Positions 38,501 through 47,528 of a stretch of 64,000 bases of DNA are shown here, in pieces. The notes below the pieces were generated by a model that worked only from the letters and a program-made list of their open reading frames with translations, was not told where the DNA came from and did not search any database. The translations under genes and the position numbers were made by a program. Numbering within the stretch: the first letter of the stretch is position 1; each line of letters begins with the position of its first letter. Location: assembly GCA_002633005.1 (NCBI GenBank), contig NMRA01000286.1, positions 360,503 through 424,502 on the forward strand, written 5' to 3'. Source of the DNA: Phoronis australis (Eukaryota; Animalia; Phoronida).

Positions 38501-41500
38501 GCTTGCAGGGTTCGATGAGCTGAATCTCAGTATAGAGACTGACATGCTGAGTGTGGTGCGGGCCATGGCCCAGCCAGACTCAGGACTGGAGATACGAGAT
38601 AGGATGTGGTTAAAAATACGCATACCAAATGCATTTATAGGTAATGTTACAACGTGACCGGTTAATCTCCGTAGTTCTGTCTTGTATTTAAAAACCATGC
38701 GTTACTGCTTATTGTATGTATGACGCCACTGCACAAATGCATTTTTTATAACCCAGAAGTTGCAAAATATCCATTGTTATGTTTCAATTTGAACAAAAAT
38801 GTCTAATTTTTAGTATCGTGTTTTTGTTATGAAGGTGTCCTCAGCATGAGTTGGCAAACCACTTAAATATGTTCTTGATATTTGCCTATATTTTGGAGTT
38901 GTCTCCCTCGATAGTACGTCCCATAATTCATGCATAATGGTTTTCGAATTTTAAGAGTTGTATTGATGTTGATTACTTTTGTTGCCCGTTTTATTTGCAG
39001 TAACTGTACGCTGGAGTGTGGATTTTCATAACAAATGTTTTAAATTTTATTGACCGATTAATGCGTGTATGCATGCAAGCGCAAACGCTTGAAATTCCTG
39101 GGGCGGAAGTCTGATCTCAGTACCGGAAACTCGACTCAAAAAGTTACTTACAAATTTGTACTTGAATCATGGAGCATTATTTTAAGTTTAGTTGAGTGTG
39201 CATTCTGAAGTTAGACCCCAGTTCCTGCACCAGCTATCACTTGTACTGACCTTGACCCCACATGTTGTCTTTGTTGTTCTGCAGGTTCAGACTTAGTAGA
39301 CTGGTTACACACACACGTGGAGGGCTTCCTAGACAGGCGTGATGCCAGGAAGTATGCTTGTAATTTATTGAAGGCAGGATATATCAGACACACGGTCAAC
39401 AAAATAACATTCTCCGAGCAGTGCTACTACATCTTCGGAGACCTCTATGGAGGTAAGTTAGAGCTAAACCCTCATTCCTAGGAGTATGCCTAAGGCACCT
39501 GCAAACACGCAGGGTGGAAATGCGCAATTATGAGATAACTTTTAGAACTCGGCAAACAAACTTGAGGACGGGTAGGGATTGCTATTGCACATGTTGAATG
39601 TCATAATGGCCGACCTGTCAAAGTTTTATAAATATATGTTATACAACGTATGAGGGCGAAGCCCGAGTTCAAATACTTTTGCATATCACAAATCTCGATA
39701 TAATTACTGGTACAAACACATACGTTGTATAACATATCTATCCTATGCGCTCCACTGAGGATTCTTTGAAGAAGCGGGTTTTCAATGATTGCTCCTCTTC
39801 TTTTTTTGCCGTTTGTCATCTTTTATCAATGATGATCGCAAATCGCGTGACACGTATACGTGCATGCAATATTTTTATCAATGAATTTTTGCAGCCTGCA
39901 TGACAGGGCAGTTCAAGTTGTATTTTATAGCAGCTACAGGCTTTGGGCACATATTTGTTATTTTCAGTATTTTTGTCAGTGCTTGAGGTGAAATCTATTT
40001 CTAAGTTAAAGTTTGTATACATTTCTGGCGTTTTTCTCGACTTCGTTGAGCAATATCTGTGCAGGACACCCAGACGTTGTGGCTGATGCACATTCAGACG
40101 CTTTTTAAAAATGCTCCTTGCACACGGTTATCATTTTTAGGTACAGAAATTTATCATAAAATTGACAAAAACACAGTGTTTATAGTAGTTGCAGTTTTGC
40201 TTTTGGGCTCGACGTATTTTGATTGTTTTGAGAACGAATTTAAAAATTGACTCATATTTGACCATAGAGAACCTAATCTGGTTAGTACAATAGGTGACCA
40301 AAAGGAGGCATGCATTGGTAATGTTTATTGCTTTCCTAAACCCAAATATATTGTGGCAATTTTGAGGCTTTTTATAATTTGTGTTCTGTTCAGGTGCAAA
40401 ATTTCAGGGTATATTAAGAAAAATTGTCAACAATATTTTTATTTCTTTTTTTTGTTCAGTTTTGAAAATGCATATCATAGTATTGGCATGTGAAAATATT
40501 GTGCACGGAGCTGAACCCAAAGTGAGTCTATATAATAACAATCAGGTTTCTTCGGATTGTAGTGTATTGTGTGCACAGGAGGGAATTTTGGCGAGAAAGA
40601 AGGCATCCGTATTCAAGGCGCGTTGAATACGGAAAAGTAGTTCTTCCATATCAAACATCACAATACGACCCGTATTTCATGGCCTTATTATCATGCATAT
40701 TACATAGTCAGTAATATCTTCTTTAACGTACTCTGTGAACATGTATTTGAAGTGCCATTGCACATATTTCTTTTATGTGTATCTTATGCATAAATAAGAT
40801 AAATACCAAGTTGGCTACAACAGGTAGCAGTCTACAGCGGCTGCAATTTCACATGACTTCGTCAGCTTCTTTGATTTGTTTTTAACCTTGGGAAGAGTCA
40901 TGGACAATCTTTATCCTTTTCTGAGTCCTCACAAACACTTGATTTTTGATGACAGTTCACATCAATCCTGAAATAGGATATAATTTTATTCAAATGCATT
41001 AGATTTGTCATTTCTGATGAGAGAATTTGTACCGTGAAATAAAGCAGAATTTTTTAATTGGCTTTTTCTATTCATTCTGTCTCCTAGCTGGCGAGAATGC
41101 CAAGTTCGGCATCTACGGCCTACCTGACATGGGCGGGCTTAGCCTCAACGACATCGACAGTGTTTCAGAGGCGGATCAGGACACCCTGGCACCTCTTCCC
41201 CCACCCGCCTGGAACAACTACTACCAGTACCCACCGCAGTATGTGCCCCCACCCTTCAGCTACTCACAAGATGGTGGCAGCTGTCATAGTTATCCTCTTC
41301 CAGGAGGGAATGGCAGTGCAGGAAGTCAACACAGCGGATCAGGTAGGTGTTGGCTTGGAGACACTGTGGAGGTGGTGGGCAGTTGGTATATGACTGTGTG
41401 TTGATTGATGGGCTGTTTGTCACTGGTTGCCTAAGAACTAGGAAATGGTTTTTTTTTGCAAAAGTTTTGTCTTGCTTCAGTGAAGTTATTGGGGAAAACA

Positions 41501-42491
41501 AGAAAGATAGTTGGCAAAAAGCAGGGCTAAATATCCTTTGAATATCATGATAAAAAAATTGTCCAATTTTGGGGCAGTCTCTAAAATTTGGGAAACCAAA
41601 TTTCAAGGAGAAATTGAATTTCCTTGATTGTGAAGATTGGGACATGGGTGATTTTGGTATTTGTCATATTTCTGAAATATCGAACTCTGCGTTTTGTACA
41701 GAGTCTGAGAATAGACTTGGCAATTGATTAAATAGCCACCGATGCAACATAGTGTGTAGCATTGGCTGCAGTTGATAGACTTTGTCGATTCCATAGGTTC
41801 AAGTGGCTAAGGCATCTGATTAGTCTGTAAGCCTAAACTATCGTTAGACCAGAAGTCTGAGAACTAATCTTTATGATTCCTGGGTTGTTTTATACTTTCC
41901 TGCAAGTTGACTGTGACTGCTGACGGTGTCGAGGTTCTGATGATTCAGCCGGTTGTGGTTTGTAGGTGGCGGTAAGCTGTAGTGCTCCTCTGCCGGCAAT
42001 GCTGCTGATTGAGAAGCATCTTGGTGTGGCTGAGATTGAATGCAAACTCTGTGCCAGGCTCAAAATGTATATCACTAAGATGAGCTTCCTTCCTGCAAAC
42101 CATAGTTTCCCATTCTGGTTACTTCGAATTTTAAATGGAGACTGAAGGCTTGATTTTCTAGTCCTGAATGTATTTTTCATTTGTAGGGGATATTTGTGTT
42201 ATTATTCAATTCGCTTTTAACAAAACATCTTTTTCCCTGGCCTATGGAAAAACTTATGGTGTGATTGTCTTGGGTGTTGGAGATTGACAGTTCTCTTTAT
42301 TTGAATGCGGTTCGTGTAACATCCTCTGTTAAGCAAGGTAGCGAGGGTGTTGGTATACGAATTTTTCTCTCAAGTGTGACTTTTCTCCCAACTCTATGGT
42401 GAATGTCCGACTTCTTTTGGATCCTACCATCTTATTAAATATGACTGAACGACTGAACTGTAAGTTCACCTGTTCTTGTGTCAGGGTGTTA

Positions 42492-42534
<43 letters not shown>

Positions 42535-44070
42535 CTTGTTCTAATAACGGCGGACATATGTCACTGTTACTGCAGTCCCTCGGAAACTAATTTTTTCACC
42601 TCGGCATGATTTTTAGTGTTTGGAATTGTAGCATATCTTTCAGTGTTATTCAGTTGTCTTGGTTCACAGCATCCCACCCTAGTTAGCTGTGGTTACCCAT
42701 TGATTTAGTTATCCCATTTGCATGTTGGCACAAATCCCTCGTACCCTGAACACTCGAGCGCGTGCACTCAACTTCCTTTCTATTTCACGCCGTCGTCCCG
42801 TGCAGCCGCGAGCACATTCCCTGTGAACACATGTGTATGCCTAATGCGACATGTTCGCAACTTGCGCAAGTTGTGGGAGCAGAAGGAGAAAAAAGCAGCA
42901 ACGTCGTCGTCCCACTGCAAGACGGCCAATTCCAAAATGGCCGACGGTTTCTGCACCCCACCTCCCGCATGTCCTGACAAGCCTCTTGACCAACTGCACC
43001 CATCGTGTTCTTACCGCAGCTACCAGGAACAGTTGGAAGAGCTGGATGATGATGTCAAGGGTTGGTCCGACGTATTGTCACAATTCTGTTGTTTGCTGAG
43101 CTCCTTATGATTTGCCCACATTGCAAAAAGTCCTCACTTATGCGACTAACATTTTCCCTAGGTTTCATTTCTTTTGCTTCTTGTTGTTGGTTTCGCTAAT
43201 GTCCTTAGTTGATTCTGATATACTGTTTGTTGCTTTGGTATTTTTGTTTGAACTGTGGTTGTTTCTTAGTGCGTATGTTATAATTTTCAAGTGTTTTTGT
43301 GACATGACACATTTAATTTTGAGTTAAAGTACTGAGTGGAGGGATGGCTGTTATGTTGTTATTGGCTCTATGAGCTGTTGAAAATATGGTTACATCTGGA
43401 TGTCTAGTGAAATTAGTCATTACAATCAGAAAATTTCATACAGCTGTTTTGGTAATTCACTTAAAGGAGTGCGGAGTCTTCGTTTACAGGTTTTCATACA
43501 AAACGACAAAATCTCATTCATTTTGCTCATTTCTGTAGCATTATGGTAAAAATACTGACACAAGTTAATGGGGGGTTGTCCCAATGTCAGGCTTGATGAA
43601 AAACAGCAAAAATTCTGTGGAACATTTCTGAGTCAAGAGTGAATGCCAACTGAACAGTAATTGGCAGAAAATCTTATGACAATGACAAAAATGGTTTACT
43701 CAAACACTTAATGGGGTTTTGTCATTTTTTTTTAACTGCTGCAATGCATTTCCATTGATACTAGTGAAAGGGGTTGACCATTTTGTGTCTCTCCTTTACA
43801 GGCAGCAGTCACTCAGGCAGTGGAAAGATGAAGAAAGAGAAAAATAAGGAGAAATCGGGTGGAAGTAGTTCCGGCAGCGAGACAGATGCGCACAGTGTGG
43901 CCAGTGTACGCCGTGGTGCCGCCTCGGAGCGCAGCTTTGCGCCAAGTGAGCGAAGTCTACCCCCACCACCTGTAGAACTGCTCAACGTCAACCCAGAGCT
44001 CAGTGGCAGTCGGCAGTCCTTCCGTATGGCCATGGGAAATCCTTGTGAGTTTTTTGTCGACGTCATGTGA
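8436..44070 (+). CDS. dvl: Dishevelled (Dvl/dsh), 5'-partial multi-exon gene; DIX exons lie upstream of the window
   Basis: Hand-spliced exons 8436-8563, 10780-10877, 19283-19360, 27051-27201, 30786-30879, 36134-36203, 36591-36678, 37014-37142, 37509-37717, 38509-38640, 39285-39452, 41088-41342, 43802-44070. All are GT-AG, phases match, and the total is 1869 nt with no internal stop. Hallmark motifs: [45 protein letters not shown] (PDZ), [16 protein letters not shown] (DEP), [20 protein letters not shown]. Confidence 0.98.
10780..10877 (+). CDS. dvl: Dvl linker exon ([32 protein letters not shown])
   Basis: ttttag acceptor; CAG|gtatgt donor; phase 2/1 fits neighbours; TES-hydrophobic-S-x-RR pattern as in other Dvl proteins. 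Confidence 0.88.
14987..15083 (+). CDS. Candidate alternative first coding exon of Dvl ([32 protein letters not shown])
   Basis: caccATGG start context; 32 open codons + 1 nt; CAG|gtaaaa donor in phase 1, matching the downstream exons. No homology support. Confidence 0.35.
18336..18564 (-). repeat. Dispersed repeat family A, copy 3 (inverted)
   Basis: Reverse complement reads aaaatctcatc...ggctatggtccagaagttgaacat...gccatattgtctcctaa. Confidence 0.65.
19283..19360 (+). CDS. dvl: Dvl symmetric 78-nt His/Arg/Tyr-rich exon ([26 protein letters not shown])
   Basis: ctttcttttcatttccgctcag acceptor; ACG|gtaagg donor; phase 1/1; GC-rich island in an AT-rich intron; open in the Dvl frame. Confidence 0.8.
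19915..20146 (+). repeat. Dispersed repeat family A, copy 4
   Basis: gtgaaatctcacca...caaggtcttctaac...tggtagctatggtacac...cagccatattgtgtcctaa. Confidence 0.7.
20628..20656. repeat. Interrupted (GT)n microsatellite
   Basis: Read directly from the sequence. Confidence 0.9.
27051..27201 (+). CDS. dvl: Dvl Ser/acidic exon, variant A ([11 protein letters not shown]...[27 protein letters not shown])
   Basis: cttttacag acceptor; CAG|gtagat donor; phase 1/2; matches the conserved Dvl MSS(D/E)xxSTSxxDS(D/E) segment. Confidence 0.93.
27249..27375 (+). CDS. dvl: Dvl Ser/acidic exon, variant B; duplicated paralogue of variant A ([10 protein letters not shown]...[24 protein letters not shown])
   Basis: cttttgtgttctag acceptor; GAG|gtttgt donor; same 1/2 phases as variant A; open frame; clear peptide similarity to variant A. 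Confidence 0.8.
29782..29974. repeat. Imperfect foldback (MITE-like), about 190 nt
   Basis: Nested inverted arms: accacttac/gtaagtggt, actccaactt/aagttggggt, gcttgcgaaaaattgac/gtcaatttttcccaagc, agttctt/aagaact. Confidence 0.7.
30655..30738. repeat. Perfect 42-nt tandem duplication
   Basis: taagaaacgttttcaataagaataaaatcctttttagtgaaa x2. Confidence 0.95.
30786..30879 (+). CDS. dvl: Dvl basic-region exon ([31 protein letters not shown])
   Basis: cttacag acceptor; AGA|gtgagt donor; phase 2/0; poly-Arg basic region typical of Dvl. Confidence 0.95.
31025..31135 (-). repeat. Dispersed repeat family A, copy 5 (fragment, inverted)
   Basis: gagaaaaattgtgggcattca...ggcaattttggcaattatttggtgagatttt is the reverse complement of the family's 5' half. 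Confidence 0.55.
33719..33802 (+). CDS. Candidate alternative first coding exon of Dvl ([28 protein letters not shown])
   Basis: ATG preceded by an in-frame stop; 28 codons; TTA|gtaagt donor in phase 0, matching exon 36134; ends in LTDSTISL, which resembles ITDSTMSL of the next exon. Confidence 0.3.
36134..36203 (+). CDS. dvl: Dvl exon, start of PDZ ([23 protein letters not shown])
   Basis: Near-invariant Dvl peptide; tttacag acceptor; gtaggt donor; phase 0/1. Confidence 0.98.
36591..36678 (+). CDS. dvl: Dvl PDZ exon ([30 protein letters not shown])
   Basis: Conserved carboxylate-binding loop FLGISI; ttccag acceptor; gtaagt donor; phase 1/2. Confidence 0.98.
37014..37142 (+). CDS. dvl: Dvl PDZ exon ([43 protein letters not shown])
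   Basis: Conserved PDZ sequence; tttcag acceptor; gtagga donor; phase 2/2. Confidence 0.98.
37456..37483. repeat. (ttgaccta)x3.5 mini tandem repeat just upstream of the acceptor at 37508
   Basis: Read directly from the sequence. Confidence 0.85.
37509..37717 (+). CDS. dvl: Dvl PDZ end and proline-rich exon ([12 protein letters not shown]...[14 protein letters not shown]...)
   Basis: Conserved VAKCWDP and EPVRPIDP motifs; ttccag acceptor; gtaagt donor; phase 2/1. Confidence 0.97.
38040..38214 (+). repeat. Dispersed repeat family B, copy 1
   Basis: gagctccatt...ttttgtgaccat...aattaaatgaaaa...gtaaca.ctgtat...taccttta shared with 47309-47493. Confidence 0.55.
38509..38640 (+). CDS. dvl: Dvl DEP exon 1 (...[27 protein letters not shown])
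   Basis: Conserved DEP N-terminal part; ttgcag acceptor; gtaatg donor; phase 1/1. Confidence 0.98.
39285..39452 (+). CDS. dvl: Dvl DEP exon 2 (SDLVDWL...[19 protein letters not shown])
   Basis: Conserved DEP C-terminal part; ctgcag acceptor; gtaagt donor; phase 1/1. Confidence 0.98.
39634..39737. repeat. Perfect 19-bp inverted repeat enclosing a GGGC-GAA-GCCC mini-hairpin
   Basis: atatgttatacaacgtatg (39634-39652) / catacgttgtataacatat (39719-39737); 66-nt spacer. Confidence 0.85.
41088..41342 (+). CDS. dvl: Dvl post-DEP exon (LSLND...DQDTLAPLP...PPQY...GSAGSQHS)
   Basis: Conserved DQDTLAPLP and GSAGSQHS motifs; cctag acceptor; gtaggt donor; phase 1/1. Confidence 0.95.
42494..42533. repeat. 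(TG)20 microsatellite
   Basis: Read directly from the sequence. Confidence 0.97.
42806..43110 (+). CDS. Candidate alternative terminal exon of Dvl, 101 aa ending [10 protein letters not shown]
   Basis: Pyrimidine-rich tract + tgcag; phase-1 entry puts it in a 100-codon open frame; GC/CpG-rich like the true exons. Confidence 0.55.
43802..44070 (+). CDS. dvl: Dvl canonical terminal exon (...[22 protein letters not shown])
   Basis: tttacag acceptor in phase 1; canonical Dvl C-terminal PDZ-binding tail; TGA at 44068-44070. Confidence 0.98.
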
Positions 44071-44616
44071 TTGGCATGGTGTGATGCAGAGATTGTCATG
44101 AGGACATTGTCATGTGACCACGTCTGATTGGCTGTTGCATGATCAACTTCATGAGATCACATTGTTTGATCATTGGCTTGTTGGTTGTCGCATAATTATG
44201 GCTTAGCTGGTGTTCTAATGTCGACTTGAATTTGTTACTGTGTCTGTATGCTGCCACTATTATGTAATAACTTTATGGTGCTTTTATCACGTTGGATAAA
44301 TAACAATAATAACTGTGATCAAAAAAGTTAGAGCGAGCTTCTCTTTTCATGTTTGTAACATCTAATTACAGTGTCCACTTTGTGTGATTATACTTTCATT
44401 GTTAATCTTTTTCTTATTTAGATTGCACCGAAATCTTCTAAATTGTTAATTTGTTTCACATTTGAGTTTCCTTAACTGCCAAACAAAATTAAATTTACAT
44501 GAACATGTTCCAGCATCTTTGTAAACACGGCTATTGTTTCTCTCCACTCCATCTTCAGTTGACCTATCTTGCCTTTCGTATGGCAGTCTCTAATATGTCT
44601 CTCTTCTCGTTTTTAG

Positions 44617-44648
44617 CTGAGCAACTAAACCAGCTCGACCAGCTATAA
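44617..44648 (+). CDS. Candidate alternative Dvl C-terminal mini-exon ((S)EQLNQLDQL*)
   Basis: Branch-like ctctaat at 44588, pyrimidine tract and tttttag acceptor at 44616; matching phase-1 donor T|gtgagt at 44044/44045 inside the canonical last exon. Confidence 0.5.
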
Positions 44649-45799
44649 CCCTGGTGACGGGACTCTAGTCTTGCTTCTCGCCACTTCCTAAAGCCGACTC
44701 TCACTGCACTCCTAGCTGTAGCTCGGCACCAGATGCTGCCACGCAGTTTCTAGCTACTGGCTAATTAACTTCTATGCGACTTTTCATCTACACAAATTTG
44801 GGGGAAAGCTGGATTTGGTCGGTGGTGGAAGTGCTTGGTTTGAATATCTCTGCCGTCAGATTACGCAGATCACGGCAGTTAAGATTTGCCTGGTGTGTGT
44901 ACCGTTTTGTTCGAAACGGGTTTGTGGGTTGCAAGATGCTTAGGTGCTTCTAACAAGCGTCGTATGTCTTAACGGGGTAAACTTTTGTGTAAGTAACACA
45001 TTTATGTCTGGTGCTCAGCTTTAGTCCTCCCATGATGGGTGACATATTGTAACTTGTTATGATATGAACAGAAGGGTGCATACCACGTGCCCCTTAACCA
45101 CCAAGAAACTCGCAGAAGTGATGAAATTTAAGATCATTTTATTGACTGTATGTTTGATATTATCTTTGACTGCATTTTTGTTATTGATGTATGCCACGTT
45201 TTCGTAACCTGTCTACCGAGTCTGAATCTATGAATGAGAATGGAGCAAAGTGCGGGCATCTGGCCCAACTATTGTGTAATATTATGTAATATTGCTGTTG
45301 GTGTTAATTGTGGATAATTGGTGTATTGTAATTAAAATTGAGTAGCCTTTAGCTTTTGTGTGGTTCGTTTAAATGTCCCATGTTGACTCGATTTCCGACA
45401 CGCTGGGAACATTTCCTTCATCGTTAATAGTACGAGTACAACTGACTGAATGTGACCTAACTGCTTGGACATGTTAGAGCCCTGCTGTTGTCGACTTGAT
45501 TAAATTGTCATAACTACTGTACGCTATGTGAATGTAATATTCCATGTCATGGTAGCATTTAGGGACAGTGTTAGGTTTGTACAGTATTCAAAATGTACTA
45601 CTATCATCTCTGCCAAGTGATGTTCTATGATCTGTCTGCTACAGGTCATGTTGTTAGCACTCAACCAGTGATATGGAGATACTGAGGTGTAAGCGCGTTC
45701 ATAGTCCATAGTGTTAAGTATTCTTATATACTCCTGCATGCGATGTTTGTTAATTTATACTTTTTATCTACTTACACCAGTCAAGTTTTTAGATAAATA

Positions 45800-45910
45800 T
45801 GTCTGTCAATTTTAACTGTAAGAACATGTTTTATAGTTTTCTTGTACAGTACTTCATTCTGTCTGTAAGTCATTTAACTGTAAGAACATGTTTTATAGTT
45901 TTAGTGTACA
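45800..45910. repeat. Imperfect duplication with 62-nt period in the Dvl 3' UTR, with a 30-nt identical core
   Basis: tttaactgtaagaacatgttttatagtttt at 45811-45840 and 45873-45902. Confidence 0.9.
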
Positions 45911-46691
45911 CTATCTATGATGTTCTACAAGGCATACTTGGACATCAGTGCATTTAGTTGGTCTTGTTTTAATGAATGGTTTTATGTGCAAAATGAAGTT
46001 CTTAGTTGCTTGCACAATACTTGACATAAAGCTTAAAGGTAACATTCAATCTCCAGTTTACTTCCCATAGTTTTAATTTCCTAGGTAATATTTTAAAGGA
46101 ATTCTTAAATTAGCGATTTCCTTAACCAGTTGATATTTTTCAAAATAGAAGAGCTCGTGAACAAACATAAAATCACTTATCAAAATTATGTGGAATAATG
46201 TCAGTAAAGAACACATATTGATGAAGAGCTATGTTTGAATTGACCATCTTGGTTTCTGTGTTTGCACCTATATACATGTCATACAGTTTTAATAGCTCCA
46301 CAACTGTAGTGCAGTAAAACTTGGATAAGGCAGATCAGGCTGAGAGGTTTGTTTGAGTAAGGCAAAATCTGGTTTATCTGAATTACTGAGTGTACAAACT
46401 CCAATCACACAGCAGAACATCGTCAGAGTTAAATCTAGATTTGACTTGTGCGAATTTTTCTAGTTTTATTTCTCTGCCCCTTTTGTGAACTTGTATGAAG
46501 ATGCTGAAACTAGTCTGTGTATTCTCAGTACGAACTTGAATTGTCAAGCTTGTACAAAGTAATGCTTCTATAAATGTGCAATTCCTGCTCCTTATACCAT
46601 CATATGTAAAAACCCACTCTGCATTTTATTCAGTTGACTTATTGTATGTGCAGTTGCAAGTTGTATAAACTAGCATCCAATTACTGTCAGT

Positions 46692-46697
46692 AATAAA
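46692..46697 (+). terminator. Likely Dvl polyadenylation signal (AATAAA); 3' UTR about 2.6 kb
   Basis: First canonical AATAAA I found downstream of the stop; T-rich UTR-like composition ends near here. Confidence 0.5.
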
Positions 46698-47308
46698 CAG
46701 TTGAATATTGACAACATAGTCTGTCGATTGCTGTCGGGAATAAGAAAAACACTCTAAGGATATTACATTGTTGAAAAAAGGTTCACATTAAGCCATAGCC
46801 AAGTTAGTGTGACTCTGACTGGCTTGGCTGCACCTGAGGCATAAAATGTCAGGATGTTCCCTAATTTTTTTCATTGGACTCTTTAACATAAACCTATTGT
46901 CGATTTCTACTTGTATTGTGTAGTATCACACCTTTTCCAATACAGAGTGTGCAAAGTAAGCCATTTTGTTCCAAGACTTGCATAGCGGAATTTATTTAAT
47001 GTTTCTAGACTCGCAACCCCAACACTTCACTTCAGACTTGTCTGGAAAATTTACGTGCTCGTCAGTTTTTCAGTCGAATGTCAAAGTTAGTGGTTGATCC
47101 AGAAAAAGCAAGTACAATGGGCATTATTCTCTGTAGCCACTCTATGCACTGTTCAAAAGTTGTACTCAGCGTTACGTCCCCGGATCACAAATTATTTATT
47201 AAAGCAGCAATAAATGTGCATCCCGTCCACTTACTACTAAAATAATTTCGACTCACTACAGTGGTATGAATCGAATGTTGGCCACTTTAAGCCAAGCATA
47301 ACATCTAT

Positions 47309-47493
47309 GAGCTCCATTCTGACAACGGTATGATCTTAAACGAGACACTGTTATCCTGCCTAATCTAGTGACAAGGGCTTTTGTGACCATTGTGAATTAA
47401 ATGAAAAAACTGGCAACACCTGCCATTGTGTATAAAAAACGGTACCCCAAGGTAACAGTTGTATAACATAAACAGCAAGTGGTCTACCTTTTA
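47309..47493 (+). repeat. Dispersed repeat family B, copy 2, in the intergenic gap between the two 3' ends
   Basis: Same ordered blocks as 38040-38214. Confidence 0.55.
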
Positions 47494-47522
47494 AGAAAGA
47501 AACTTTGCAATCCAATGCACTC

Positions 47523-47528
47523 TTTATT
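47523..47528 (-). terminator. Likely rootletin polyadenylation signal (AATAAA on the - strand)
   Basis: tttatt on + strand, about 760 nt past the rootletin stop; alternatives at 47804-47809 and 47195-47200. Confidence 0.4.

Noticed and set aside
38890-39130. Possible second HINE remnant (ggagttgtctccct; caagcg-caaa-cgcttg hairpin)
   Set aside because: No paired sub-terminal repeats or array could be defined; too fragmentary to call.
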